DNA of 64,000 bases, taken from Alphaproteobacteria bacterium. Its GTDB lineage: Bacteria; Pseudomonadota; Alphaproteobacteria; MPNO01; UBA830. The position numbers and the translations under genes are program-made. Of this stretch, positions 25,226 to 35,809 are shown piece after piece; the first letter of the stretch is position 1, and every line of letters begins with the position of its first letter. The notes beneath the pieces are model-generated. The model was not told where the DNA came from and ran no database searches. It saw only the letters and a list, made by a program, of their open reading frames with translations. Location: positions 2,208,001 through 2,272,000 of the forward strand of contig OZ219790.1 in assembly GCA_964291215.2 (NCBI GenBank), given 5' to 3'.

Positions 25226-25633
25226 CTACGCGATGTCGCCCCGCGCTGAGCCTAGGCGCCCTGTCCCCTCGATCTCCACCAGCATTTCCGGTTTCGCGAG
25301 CGCAGAGACCTCGACAAGGGAACAGGCCGGAAAATCACCCTCGAAGAACTCCCTCCGCGCCCGCCAGACAGCCTCGCGAAACGATATGTCGGTCACGAAA
25401 ATTGTCAGCTTCAACACGTCGTTCATGGATCCGCCAGCCGCATCCATATAATGCTTCATCTTGTCGAATATGAGCCTCGCCTGCTCATACGGATCGGCCC
25501 CCTCGATCGTGTCCCCGTCAAGTGCGCGGGACGTTAGGCCAGCGACGAAGAATAGGTCGCCGCTGACGAGAAAGTTGGACCAAGTCTGTGGCGGGGGTTC
25601 GGCCACGTGTTCGCTGTATATGCGTTTGCGCAT
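25226..25633 (-). CDS. RidA/YjgF family protein
   Basis: FVAG, K.TIFVTD, RREFF...FPA.SLVEVSALA.P..LVEIE. Confidence 0.9.
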   Translation of the reverse strand: MRKRIYSEHVAEPPPQTWSNFLVSGDLFFVAGLTSRALDGDTIEGADPYEQARLIFDKMKHYMDAAGGSMNDVLKLTIFVTDISFREAVWRARREFFEGDFPACSLVEVSALAKPEMLVEIEGTGRLGSARGDIA

Positions 25634-26129
25634 GGCGCCTTTCTCCTTCTGTTTGTCCCGAGCGGCCCGAATCGACCGGCGCGCACCACAGCCGCCTGTA
25701 GTCGTCTACCGTAACCGGGCGCAAAGTCCGGGGCGAGGACAGCATCACGGAATTGACCCCGCGCCGCTCCCCGCCCGTCGATCATCAGGGGCCCGATGCC
25801 ACGGACGCGATCTTCTACGCCGCCGCGTCCGAACTCGCAACACGCCGCGCGATGGCGACAGCAACGGTCGCAGCCTCCGGCACGGTCCGAGTGACGAATA
25901 AACGCTCGTCCGGGCCGGCCGCGCGCCTACACCGGGCGCAGGCAACTCGCGTCCAAAACCGCGTGCGTTCGAGGCGCGGGTTCGGATAGGGTGCAGCCCC
26001 CGAACCGGCACCCTCCGGGGGCGCCGGCCGCCCGATCCCGCACGAAATGTCACCCATGCCCGTTGACGCCGCCCCCGACCGTTCCCGCCCCCACTTGACA
26101 CCGAACCCCCGGCCGGGAGGCCGCCTGAG

Positions 26130-29100
26130 ATGGTAGCCGCACTCGGCAGGCCGGGCCGGAGCGAGTATTATCTCGACAGTCAGCAAACGCTCCACGGCCC
26201 GCTTGACGGCGCCAGGGGGCGGCGCGAGGCCGCGGGGCGGTGGTGGAACCCGGCTGGCCTGTTCGGCCTCGCCGACCGAGATCCGGTCGAGGACGCCGCG
26301 TTCGCCAACCTCCATCGCGGCGTCTCCCCAGACGGGCGCACAGCGCTGGTGCGGAACGCTGGCGGACGCCGACGCAGCGGCATCGATCTTGTGTTCCCCG
26401 CCGACAAGTCGGTCTCCGCGCTGTGGGCGATTGCCGATCCGGAGACCGGCCGGCTGATCGAGGAAGCGCATGATGACGCCGTCCGTCTCGCGCTCATCGA
26501 GATCGTCGCGAAACACGCGATGTCGGGCGTGAGGATCCATATCGGCACCTGGGTGGAGTTCGTTCCCGCAGACGTCATGGGAGCCACGTTCCGGCACGGG
26601 TCGAGCCACGCCCACGACCCCCATCTTCACACCCATTGCGTGATCTTCAACCTTGCGCGGCTTCGCGACAGCAATCGTTGGTTCGCCACAACCAAAAACG
26701 CTCTCCATTGCTGGCTGAGGGCCGCGGGAGCGGCCTACCGGCACGCACTGGCCTGGAACCTCCGCGAGCGCATCGGCGTCCGCTGCGAACCCTACGGCCG
26801 CAACGACGCCCTCATGCGCATCGCGGGCATGCCTCGCGGGCTGATCCGCGAGTGGTCGAAGCGCAAGCAGATGATGGAAAACGCATTGGAGTTGGCCGGG
26901 GTGCAGGCGCGCAGCGCAACAGGCGCACAGACCACGATGATCGCCAAAGCCACACGCGACGGAGGAGACCGGCACCCGGACCTCAAGGAACTCCGCCCCG
27001 TATGGGCGCGTGAACGGAAGTCCTGGGTCTCCGACCCGGCCCGCCTCATGGCCTCGCTGTCGAAGCCCGACGAGCGGTTCCCGTCACCGAGCCGCTACGA
27101 GATCCTCCGTAAGCTGAAACGTGTACCCGACGATCTCGCGGCGCGGCACTCCCCATTCTCCCATCCCGACCTGGTCGAGAGCGTCTGCAGCGTCTCCGCC
27201 GGTTACATCGACTGGCGCGACGCAAGCGGGTGGATCGCGGAGGCAATCCGCCGCTCTGATGTCGTCCGAGTCGACAATCCTGAGCGGTCGCCCGCGGCCC
27301 GCGCCGACCAGATGCATTCGCGGCTTTATGCCCTCGAAAACACCGCCGAATCCGGGAACGCGCTCAGGGAGGCGGCGCGCAAGTTATCCCGGGACGCACG
27401 CTTCGCCGTACCGCAAGCCAGGGTCGAGGAGCGCATCCGGAGCCTCGACGCGGCCGGCTACCCGCTCTCGGCCGACGACATCGCGGCGATCCGCTACGTC
27501 ACATCGGGGCGCCGCATCGCAGTCATCGAGCTCGCGCCCGCGCTCGACCGCAGCCTCGCCCTGCGCCCGGCCGCCGACCTTCACCGCAACGAGGGCTACC
27601 GGGTGATCGGGGCGGCGGCCACGCTCCGCGCGGCGGCCGAGCTCCAGAATGAGACCGGCATCGCGTCGATGCAGATCAACCGGCTCCTGAAGATGAACGA
27701 CAAGCGCGCGCTCGACGACAACCGGGCCTGGGTATTCGTGATCGCCGATGCCGGCATCCTGCTTGAACGCCAGTTCCGAACGCTGTTTGCGCTCGCCGGA
27801 CGCTACTCGGCGAAGTTCATCCTGGTCGCGGAAGCGGGCCAGCGTCCGTCGCTTGTGGCGGCTCCCGGTCTCGGCCTCGTTACCGACGTCACCGGCTGCC
27901 TGCGTTCCTACTACCGACGGCTGCCCGGCGATGTTGTGTCCGAGGCCTTTTCCAATAATCGCGTTCGGCTCAGCAACGGGCTCAGGGAGACACTGGAGCG
28001 CACGGCCGGGGACTGGGACCAACATAGGAGGACCTTTCCCCGAGATTCGGTCGCGGTCGTCGCCCGCACCCGCAAGGAAGAGAAGGTTCTGACCCATATG
28101 CTTCGCACGCGCCTGCTCGGCCCCGCCGCCGAAGGTGCACACGCCTGCATTGAGGTCCACCAGCACACCAAACTCACAGCGTACGGAAAATCCGCGCCGA
28201 TGGAAATCCGGGCCGGCGACCGACTGAGAATCGGCGCCACCCTGTGGGAGGCGCGCCTGTTCCGGGGCTCCGTGGTCACCGTCGAGGACATCGTCCCCAT
28301 CGCGTCAGTCACCGAAGAGACGCGTTTCCTCATCCGCGTAGCGACGCGCGAAGGCCGGCAGGTCGAGTTTTACCACGACGATGTCCGCGACGGGCATGGC
28401 GGCGTCCGCCTCGCGCACGGATACGCCTGCACGGTCGACGAACTGGTCGGCAGGTTCGATCGCATTTTCGCGTTGGCCGACGACGGGTGGCGGCGACACC
28501 AGCTCGAACGCATCGCGGCCTGCTGCCGTGTCCGGCCCCGAATCCATGTCAACCGCGAACAGCTGGCGGCCGCGTTCGGGGCACCGGCCGATGACGATAC
28601 GCTTCTCAACCGCCTGCGCCAGAGCTGGTCACTTACTGCCAGGAGCGGACAACCCTGCAGGGACCAGAAACTCCATCCCGACCGTCACGCCCATGCGGAA
28701 GGATGGCTTATAGCCAATGACGGCGGCGACGGAACGCTGCGGCAACTCGGACAGGACATCGCCCAGGCAAATCTCGACCTCCGTCACGGCGACACGGTCG
28801 CCGCCTTCGCCGCCGGCAGGGCCGCAGTGCTCGAGGAATGGGCGGCATGCCGCGAGCGCATCTCCGTCGACGGAGATGCAGCGTTGCTCGCGCCGTCGGT
28901 CGCCAGAACACTGCGCCGGCACAGGGCGCTGATCGACTCTCTCGAGACCCTGCCGCGGCGGTGGACACCTCTGGTGCAGCGGATGTTCGCGGCACGCGGC
29001 GACCTGGCACCAAACGACATTCGGAAGTTCGCCGCGCTCTACCGACGGCTGCGCGATCAACGGAGGATCGCAGCGGCGCGTCAGCTCCGGAACGAGACCG

Positions 29101-29504
29101 CCGGCGCAGACACCGCTTCCGTCGATGCGTGGCTCGCCGAAGTCGCGCGCCAGCGGCGGTTCCGCACCTTCGTGCTCAATGCCGTGGAGCACAACGCCGG
29201 GCGCGCATGCGAGATCCCGTCATGGCGGAACAGCGTGGCAGACGCCGAGCGGTTGATCGCCCGCGGCCGCGCCATCCTCGCCGCAAGCAGTCTGCCGCAA
29301 ACAGGCGATGCGGGACGCAGCGCGGTGCAAGCCGCCGTGGCGGTGCTCGAAGCGGAGCAGAGAGAAGACCTGTCGGTCCCCGGCCGCAGGCTCGAGCCCG
29401 CCCCCGACGCGGCGCCGCGCCAAGGTCTCGCTGCAGCGTTGGCGCAGGCGCACCGGCAACCCGAGAATCATCGCCTGGCCCGTGAAAGCTCTATCGCCTT
29501 CTGA
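26130..29504 (+). CDS. MobF/TrwC-family relaxase with degenerate RecD-like helicase region
   Basis: N-terminal EYY, DLVFPADKSVS, HGSSHAHDPHLHTH, WSKR; later LAHGYACTV helicase-type motif. Confidence 0.85.
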   Translation: MVAALGRPGRSEYYLDSQQTLHGPLDGARGRREAAGRWWNPAGLFGLADRDPVEDAAFANLHRGVSPDGRTALVRNAGGRRRSGIDLVFPADKSVSALWAIADPETGRLIEEAHDDAVRLALIEIVAKHAMSGVRIHIGTWVEFVPADVMGATFRHGSSHAHDPHLHTHCVIFNLARLRDSNRWFATTKNALHCWLRAAGAAYRHALAWNLRERIGVRCEPYGRNDALMRIAGMPRGLIREWSKRKQMMENALELAGVQARSATGAQTTMIAKATRDGGDRHPDLKELRPVWARERKSWVSDPARLMASLSKPDERFPSPSRYEILRKLKRVPDDLAARHSPFSHPDLVESVCSVSAGYIDWRDASGWIAEAIRRSDVVRVDNPERSPAARADQMHSRLYALENTAESGNALREAARKLSRDARFAVPQARVEERIRSLDAAGYPLSADDIAAIRYVTSGRRIAVIELAPALDRSLALRPAADLHRNEGYRVIGAAATLRAAAELQNETGIASMQINRLLKMNDKRALDDNRAWVFVIADAGILLERQFRTLFALAGRYSAKFILVAEAGQRPSLVAAPGLGLVTDVTGCLRSYYRRLPGDVVSEAFSNNRVRLSNGLRETLERTAGDWDQHRRTFPRDSVAVVARTRKEEKVLTHMLRTRLLGPAAEGAHACIEVHQHTKLTAYGKSAPMEIRAGDRLRIGATLWEARLFRGSVVTVEDIVPIASVTEETRFLIRVATREGRQVEFYHDDVRDGHGGVRLAHGYACTVDELVGRFDRIFALADDGWRRHQLERIAACCRVRPRIHVNREQLAAAFGAPADDDTLLNRLRQSWSLTARSGQPCRDQKLHPDRHAHAEGWLIANDGGDGTLRQLGQDIAQANLDLRHGDTVAAFAAGRAAVLEEWAACRERISVDGDAALLAPSVARTLRRHRALIDSLETLPRRWTPLVQRMFAARGDLAPNDIRKFAALYRRLRDQRRIAAARQLRNETAGADTASVDAWLAEVARQRRFRTFVLNAVEHNAGRACEIPSWRNSVADAERLIARGRAILAASSLPQTGDAGRSAVQAAVAVLEAEQREDLSVPGRRLEPAPDAAPRQGLAAALAQAHRQPENHRLARESSIAF

Positions 29505-29587
29505 TGCCCGAACCCCCGCGAACCGACACACGGGGAAACGCTGCCTCTGGGCTTTCACGACCCAGCTGCCACAGCCGAGAAGCCGGG

Positions 29588-31534
29588 TCAGGAAGGGCGG
29601 TTTTGCCGGTTCTCCACCAGATCGTCCACCACCGCCGGCTCGGCCAGCGTCGTGGTATCACCAAGCTGGTCGTGCTCGTTACTGGCGATCTTGCGCAATA
29701 TGCGGCGCATGATCTTGCCGGAACGGGTCTTGGGCAGGCCCGGCGCCCACTGAATCAGGTCGGGCGTCGCGATCGGACCAATCTCGCGGCGCACCCACCG
29801 CGCCAGCTCGTCGCGCAACGCATCTGACGGCTCTTCGCCCTCCATCAGGGTGACATAGGCATAGATGCCCTGCCCCTTCACGTCATGCGGATATCCGACC
29901 ACCGCAGATTCAGCGACCTTGGCATGGCCGACGAGCGCGCTCTCCACTTCGGCCGTTCCGATCCGGTGTCCCGAGACATTGATCACGTCATCGACCCGCC
30001 CGGTGATCCAGTAGTAGCCGTCCTCGTCGCGACGACAGCCGTCGCCGGTGAAATAGTATCCCCTGTAGGTCGCGAAATAGGTCTCCCGGAAGCGGTCATG
30101 ATCGCGGAAGACCGTGCGCATCTGTCCCGGCCATGAGTCCGTCAGAACGAGGTTCCCCGAGACGGCGCCCTCGAGGACATTGCCGTCGGCGTCGACGATG
30201 GCCGGCTGGACGCCGAAGAACGGGCGCGTCGCCGAACCGGGCTTGAGCGCGGTCGCGCCGGGGAGCGGCGTGATCAGGATGCCGCCGGTCTCGGTCTGCC
30301 ACCACGTGTCGACGATAGGACAGCGGCCATCGCCGACCACATCGCGGTACCAGAGCCAGGCCTCCGGATTTATCGGCTCGCCGACGGTCCCGAGCAGCCG
30401 CAACGAACCGCGGTCCGCGGCGTGCACCGGCTCGTTTCCGGCGCGCATCAGCGCCCGGATCGCAGTCGGCGCGGTGTAGAAGACGGTGACCCCGTGCTTG
30501 TCGCAGACCTGCCAGAAGCGCGAGAAGTCGGGATAGGTCGGCACCCCCTCGAAGATCAGCGTGGTTGCCCCGTTGGCGAGCGGGCCGTAGACGATGTAGG
30601 AATGCCCCGTGATCCAACCGACATCCGCCGTGCACCAGTAGATGTCGTCCTCGCGGATATCGAACACGTACTCATGGGTCATCGACGCGTAGACCAAGTA
30701 CCCGCCGGTGGTGTGGAGCACGCCCTTCGGCTTGCCTGTGGAGCCCGACGTGTAGAGGATGAAGAGCGGATCCTCGGCGTCCATCTCCTCGGGCGGGCAG
30801 TCGGCCGCGACCTTGGCCATCGCTTCGTGGTACCAGACATCGCGGCCATCGGTCCAGCCGACATCGGCGCCAGTGCGGCGAACGACGACGCTGCCACGCA
30901 CCGACGGGCATTTTTCCAAGGCCTCGTCGACATAGGCCTTGAGCGGGATCTTGCGGCCGCCGCGAACCCCCTCGTCCGCAGTCACCACCAGGCAGGAATC
31001 GGAATCATGGATTCGCCCGGCGATGGATTCCGGCGAGAAGCCGCCAAACACCACCGAATGGACAGCGCCGATGCGCGCACAGGCGAGCACGGCGACCGCG
31101 ATTTCGGGGATCATCGGCAGATAGATCGTGACCCGGTCGCCCCTGCCGACGCCGTTCGCCTTGAGAACGTTCGCAAAGCGGCAGACCTCGCCATGAAGCT
31201 CGCGGTAGGTCAGGGTCCGCGATTCGGCCGGGTCGTCACCCTCCCAGATGATCGCGGCCTTGTCGCCGCGGGTCTCGAGATGCCGGTCGAGGCAATTTGC
31301 CGACGCGTTGAGCGTACCGTCATGGAACCAGCGCACATGGACATCGTCATAGGCGTAGGAGACATCCTTGACCTCGGTGTAGGGCTGCATCCAGCCGATG
31401 CGGCGGCCGTGCTCGTTCCAGAATCCCTCGGAGTCTTCGATCGAACGCCGGTACATCTCCTGATACCGCGCATCGTCGACATGGGCCGTGCCCGCCCATT
31501 CCCTGGGAACCGCGAAGACCTCGTTTTCCGACAT
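29588..31534 (-). CDS. acs: Acetyl-CoA synthetase
   Basis: [41 protein letters not shown]. Confidence 0.98.
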   Translation of the reverse strand: MSENEVFAVPREWAGTAHVDDARYQEMYRRSIEDSEGFWNEHGRRIGWMQPYTEVKDVSYAYDDVHVRWFHDGTLNASANCLDRHLETRGDKAAIIWEGDDPAESRTLTYRELHGEVCRFANVLKANGVGRGDRVTIYLPMIPEIAVAVLACARIGAVHSVVFGGFSPESIAGRIHDSDSCLVVTADEGVRGGRKIPLKAYVDEALEKCPSVRGSVVVRRTGADVGWTDGRDVWYHEAMAKVAADCPPEEMDAEDPLFILYTSGSTGKPKGVLHTTGGYLVYASMTHEYVFDIREDDIYWCTADVGWITGHSYIVYGPLANGATTLIFEGVPTYPDFSRFWQVCDKHGVTVFYTAPTAIRALMRAGNEPVHAADRGSLRLLGTVGEPINPEAWLWYRDVVGDGRCPIVDTWWQTETGGILITPLPGATALKPGSATRPFFGVQPAIVDADGNVLEGAVSGNLVLTDSWPGQMRTVFRDHDRFRETYFATYRGYYFTGDGCRRDEDGYYWITGRVDDVINVSGHRIGTAEVESALVGHAKVAESAVVGYPHDVKGQGIYAYVTLMEGEEPSDALRDELARWVRREIGPIATPDLIQWAPGLPKTRSGKIMRRILRKIASNEHDQLGDTTTLAEPAVVDDLVENRQNRPS

Positions 31535-31791
31535 TGCCCCATCCTTTCGTGCCGTCCCGAAAACTCCCGCGCCGGATTATCCGTCCAAATCCGCGCCGGG
31601 GCAAGACGCCAGCGCCGCCGTTCACGCGGATCCCACGCTGCTAATCCGGCGACGACTGACGAGATTTTCTCAGTTTGTGTCGCGCTGCAATCGTGCCGCC
31701 AAGGCTCGATGGGGCCTTCTCGGCACGAAAATTGCGATCAAGGAGGCGATCTGTGATGAGCCCCAACGCATTCGGATTTCGCGTCTCCGAA

Positions 31792-32184
31792 TTAGCATGG
31801 GATCGTCGTGGCCGCCGTTTCCGGCGGCAGGCCGGTCAGATAGACCTTGCCGCCTCTCACCGCCACGGGTACTGCGTTCAGCGCTTGGCCCGGACATGGC
31901 CCTTCGACGCAGAGCCCGCTGGCGATATCGAAGAGCGCACCGTGCATCGAACAGAGGATCAGCCGGCGATCGCGCGTGAGGAAGGCGTCCGGCTTCCAGT
32001 CGAGCGGCGCCCCGTAGTGGGGACAGACATTACGGTAGGCGAAAACTTCGCCGCCACGGCGCACGACAAACAGCGGAGCTTCGTCGGCAACATCCTCGAA
32101 GCCGCGACTCCCCGGATCCTCGATCTCGTCGAGCCGGCATAGCAGGCGCTGCCCGCCCCCGGCCGCTCCGTCGTCGGCCATCAC
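31792..32184 (-). CDS. Rieske (2Fe-2S) ferredoxin
   Basis: CPH...CSMHGALF...G.C..GP. Confidence 0.92.
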   Translation of the reverse strand: MMADDGAAGGGQRLLCRLDEIEDPGSRGFEDVADEAPLFVVRRGGEVFAYRNVCPHYGAPLDWKPDAFLTRDRRLILCSMHGALFDIASGLCVEGPCPGQALNAVPVAVRGGKVYLTGLPPETAATTIPC

Positions 32185-32188
32185 GTCC

Positions 32189-32602
32189 TCAGGGGTCGAC
32201 CCCGGCCATATGGCAGATTACCATCCATTCGTCCTCGGCGACCGGAACCACCGACAGCCGGGATTGCCGCACCAGGGCAAGGTTCGACAGCGCCGGTTCG
32301 GCCTTGATATCGGCCAGGGTGATCGGGGTCGCGACCGGCATGACGGCCTTGACGTCGACCATTCCGAACCGCCCCGACTCGTCGGTGGGGTCCGGATAGT
32401 GCTCCCGCACCACCTCGACGATTCCGACGATGCGCTTTTCGTTGACAGAGTGGTAGAAGAACCCCCGATCCCCGTTCCGCATTGCCTTCATGTTGTTATT
32501 GGCCTGATGGTTACGGACGGCGTCCCATTCCGCCGTTCCCGCCTCGACCTGATCGTCCCAGGACCATGCCCCCGGTTCCGATTTGAACAGCCAGTAGTTC
32601 AT
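32189..32602 (-). CDS. EVE domain protein
   Basis: YWLFKSEP, VRNHQA, FFYHS, RLSV. Confidence 0.93.
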   Translation of the reverse strand: MNYWLFKSEPGAWSWDDQVEAGTAEWDAVRNHQANNNMKAMRNGDRGFFYHSVNEKRIVGIVEVVREHYPDPTDESGRFGMVDVKAVMPVATPITLADIKAEPALSNLALVRQSRLSVVPVAEDEWMVICHMAGVDP

Positions 32603-33639
32603 GACTTCGGTTTCCCGTCCTCGAGTTCAGTGATCCCGCGCACTGGTCCATCAGTCTCCGCCCTGAGGGGCCGCGACAACAGGACTCCAATGACATCCGC
32701 GATGTCGGCGCCCCGATTAAGCACAGCGTCGACGGCTTCGATGATCGGAGCGTCGACGCCAAGCCCGGCCGCCAAAGCGCGGGCGGCAGCCGCAGTATAG
32801 ACTCCCTCGGCCACGCTGTTGCGCCCGTTGAGGATCGCAGCAAGTTCGCGCCCAATGCCCAATTCGGTGCCGAGCGCGTAGTTGCGCGACTGCCTGCTCG
32901 TGCAGGTCAGCGTCAGATCGCCGAGGCCCGAGAGCCCCATCATGGTATCGGCCCGCCCGCCCTTGGCGACGCATAGCCGGGTCAGCTCGGCAAGACCCCG
33001 CGTGATCAGCGCCGCCCGCGCGTTGTTCCCGAGACCGCGTCCTTCGGCGATTCCGCAGGCGATCGCCAGGACGTTCTTTATCGCGCCTCCGATCTGGGCG
33101 CCGATCACGTCATCGCCCGCATAGGGGCGGAACCGCTCCGATCCGAGGTCTCCTGCAAGACGCGCGGCGCCCGCAAGGTCTGGGCCCGCAAGCGTGACCG
33201 CGGTCGGCTTTCCGAGGGCAACCTCGCGGGCAAAGCTGGGCCCCGACAGCACGAAGACGGGATGCGCCGGCAGCACCGCGGCAACCACCTCGCTCATCAG
33301 GCACAGCGTTTCCTGTTCGATGCCCTTGGCGCAGACGACAAGCGCGGTCGACGGCGCCAGCCGGCCGGCCAGCGGCGCGATGGTCAGGCGAAGATGCTGG
33401 GCCGGAACCGCGAGCAGCAGCGGACCGCATTCCGCCATGGCGGAAAGGTCGGCGGTCGCGCGAATACGGGAATCGAGATCGACGCCGGACAGATAGGCCG
33501 GATTTGTCCGGGTGCTGTTGATTGCATCTGCAACCTCGGGTTCGAACGACCACAGGCGCGGCGTGTGATCGGCGCGGCACAGCGCGACGGCCAGCGCCGT
33601 ACCCCAGGCGCCGGCGCCTATGACGCCAAAGGCGACTAT
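32599..33639 (-). CDS. gpsA: NAD(P)H-dependent glycerol-3-phosphate dehydrogenase; start uncertain
   Basis: GAGAWGTALA, CAKGIE, LSGPSFA, GAIKNVLAIA, GLSGLGDL.LTC.S.QSRN. Confidence 0.95.
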   Translation of the reverse strand: MVAFGVIGAGAWGTALAVALCRADHTPRLWSFEPEVADAINSTRTNPAYLSGVDLDSRIRATADLSAMAECGPLLLAVPAQHLRLTIAPLAGRLAPSTALVVCAKGIEQETLCLMSEVVAAVLPAHPVFVLSGPSFAREVALGKPTAVTLAGPDLAGAARLAGDLGSERFRPYAGDDVIGAQIGGAIKNVLAIACGIAEGRGLGNNARAALITRGLAELTRLCVAKGGRADTMMGLSGLGDLTLTCTSRQSRNYALGTELGIGRELAAILNGRNSVAEGVYTAAAARALAAGLGVDAPIIEAVDAVLNRGADIADVIGVLLSRPLRAETDGPVRGITELEDGKPKS

Positions 33640-34298
33640 CCCGGCCCCCCGGCAGGGGTGAGGTTCACGGCCACGGAAATGCGGACCCCGCTGCCCCGGT
33701 AGGGCCGCACCCCGTGGGACAACCATGACGGAAACATCAGCATCATTCCCGTACGCGGCGGGACAAGTTCGCTGGCGCCTGCGGACTGCCCGCCGGGCAT
33801 GCTGAAGCCAAGGCTCGGCGCGAGCATCGCGGGCGCGACGCCGCGCGGATCCTGGATCTCGAACTCGCCGCCGACCGCAGCGTCGGCGCCGGCACCGCCG
33901 TCGTCGACGAAATAGGTGGCGGACCAGAACGCTCCCGGATGGGTATGAAATTCGTTGCCGTGGCCGCCGCGGTTGACGTTGGCCCACGCGTTCACGAGCC
34001 ATTTTACGTCGACCGGCCGACCGGCTCGGTCGCAGGTCAGGCGGCTGGCGAGCCTCCGCGCTTCGCCGATAACCCTTGCGGCCGCCTCGCCGCCCCAGTC
34101 TGCGAGATCCCAGCTCGACTGCCAGCCACCGAGGTTGCTGTGCTGCGTGCTCTCGTGGCTGGCGCGACGGTCGAAGATGGTCTTGCGCAGATCCCAGTTC
34201 AGTGCGCGTATATCATCCAGCATCCACCGGACGATCGGGGTTGGAAAGGCTCCGACAATCGACACCTCGGTCGACTGTCGGGCAGAAGGTTTCGCCAC
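33636..34298 (-). CDS. TIGR02466-type putative 2OG-Fe(II) oxygenase
   Basis: SNLGGWQS, WANVN..G..N..H.HP, FPSWL.H.V, RISVAVN. Confidence 0.85.
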   Translation of the reverse strand: MAKPSARQSTEVSIVGAFPTPIVRWMLDDIRALNWDLRKTIFDRRASHESTQHSNLGGWQSSWDLADWGGEAAARVIGEARRLASRLTCDRAGRPVDVKWLVNAWANVNRGGHGNEFHTHPGAFWSATYFVDDGGAGADAAVGGEFEIQDPRGVAPAMLAPSLGFSMPGGQSAGASELVPPRTGMMLMFPSWLSHGVRPYRGSGVRISVAVNLTPAGGPG

Positions 34299-34302
34299 GG
34301 TC

Positions 34303-35115
34303 CTACTGGCCGGATCCGCGCATGCGGTGACGGCGCAGGAAGCCTCCCACCGCTTCGTTGTACGCATCGACCAGGATATGGATCACGAAATGCCCGCCGG
34401 TCGGCAGCACCACCTTTTCCGCCCCGGGTACGGCTTCGGCGATCTCGTCGGACAGGTGGCGCGGCGTCACCATGTCGTCTTCAGCGACAATGACCAACGT
34501 CGGCGCCTTGATGTCGGCGAGCCGGTCGCGGCGGTCGAAGGCGCAGATGGCATCGATCCGGCTCCGCATGATCTCCATCGGCTGGCCCGAACCGGCGATA
34601 TGGGCCTCCTGCTCGGCCATCAGCCCTTCGTTCTCGGTGACGTACCACGGCGAATGGAGGCTGAGCAGGGAATGACGGGCGTATTCTGCTGTGCCGAGCG
34701 TGGTCAGCACCGCGCGCCGCGCCGCGAAGGCGCGCCGAAAATACGGATCCTGACCGGGCCAGGTCGCGCTCAGCACCAACGCTCCGAGGCGGTCCGGATA
34801 GTCCTGGGCAACGATCTGGCCCATCGCACCGCCGGTGGAATGGCCGACCCAGTGCGCGCGCTCTATTTTGAGACGATCCAGAAGGCGGATCGCATCTGCC
34901 GCCATCTGGTCGACCGAGTAGTCGATGAGCGATGGGGTACTTTGGCCGCATCCGCGATGGTCATGAGTAATTACCCGGAAATCGCGCGCCAACTCGGGCA
35001 CCTGACGATGCCAGACATTGCCGCCGCCGCCAAGGCCCGGCACCAGCATCAACGGTTCGCCGACGCCGGTCTCCTCGTAGTAGATCTCGGCGTCGCCGAT
35101 ATCAACCGCAGGCAT
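34303..35115 (-). CDS. Alpha/beta hydrolase (RutD-like)
   Basis: DHRGCGQS, GHSTGG nucleophile elbow, GGH. Confidence 0.88.
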   Translation of the reverse strand: MPAVDIGDAEIYYEETGVGEPLMLVPGLGGGGNVWHRQVPELARDFRVITHDHRGCGQSTPSLIDYSVDQMAADAIRLLDRLKIERAHWVGHSTGGAMGQIVAQDYPDRLGALVLSATWPGQDPYFRRAFAARRAVLTTLGTAEYARHSLLSLHSPWYVTENEGLMAEQEAHIAGSGQPMEIMRSRIDAICAFDRRDRLADIKAPTLVIVAEDDMVTPRHLSDEIAEAVPGAEKVVLPTGGHFVIHILVDAYNEAVGGFLRRHRMRGSGQ

Positions 35116-35120
35116 GGCCG

Positions 35121-35636
35121 CTACGCATCCCCGTCCGCCGCACGCACCGTGTCGTTCATGCCGAGCGAGCGTTCTATCGCGACGACGTCAACCGGACGCT
35201 CGAACGGCTCCGGTTCCGGATCGTGCAGTTCGCGACGGCGGCCGATCGTCTCGAAGAAGTTCTCAAGGCCCGGCGGCGCGATCACCCACAGCATCACCAG
35301 CTCCTCATCTCCGTCATTGACGATCTCGTGCTTGACATCGTATCCGAGGAAACAGGCCGACCCGGGCGCCAGCTCGTGGCGAACGTCGTCGACGAGCACA
35401 TGGCCGCAGCCGCGGAAGCAGACCTGGATCTCGATCTGGTCCCCATGCGAGTGCGGACGTACACGCCCGCCCACAGCTATGGTCTGGTAGCCCATCGACA
35501 GGCCATCGAACCCGGTGTTCTCCGGCATCAGCTTCGGATCTGCGTGGCCGTTGGCCGGAACCGGTTGCCACCAACTCGGCCCCTCGTCGGGTTGAATCAC
35601 GACGGCATGCCCGCGCGATCCAGCGTCACTGCTCAT
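35121..35636 (-). CDS. Cupin domain protein
   Basis: HSH...E and H.I.N.G metal-binding motifs. Confidence 0.85.
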   Translation of the reverse strand: MSSDAGSRGHAVVIQPDEGPSWWQPVPANGHADPKLMPENTGFDGLSMGYQTIAVGGRVRPHSHGDQIEIQVCFRGCGHVLVDDVRHELAPGSACFLGYDVKHEIVNDGDEELVMLWVIAPPGLENFFETIGRRRELHDPEPEPFERPVDVVAIERSLGMNDTVRAADGDA

Positions 35637-35809
35637 GATATGTCTCCCGACCGTTTTGGGTACTGCTACCTTACGCCGCTTCGCCGGCAAAACCAAGCTG
35701 CCGCCCGGTCCGAACTTTCCTTGCTCGCCACCGCCAGACTAGTCGCCGGTCGCGGGCAGTTACCGACAACTCCAACGAGTCCAATACCCCAGCACCACGG
35801 CGATCCCAC

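Noticed and set aside
26130-29504. Conjugative element or ICE
   Set aside because: No coupling protein, T4SS genes, integrase or att sites adjacent
32599-34002. GpsA with a 120-aa N-terminal fusion
   Set aside because: The extension overlaps the TIGR02466-type gene in another frame and is Arg-rich shadow sequence
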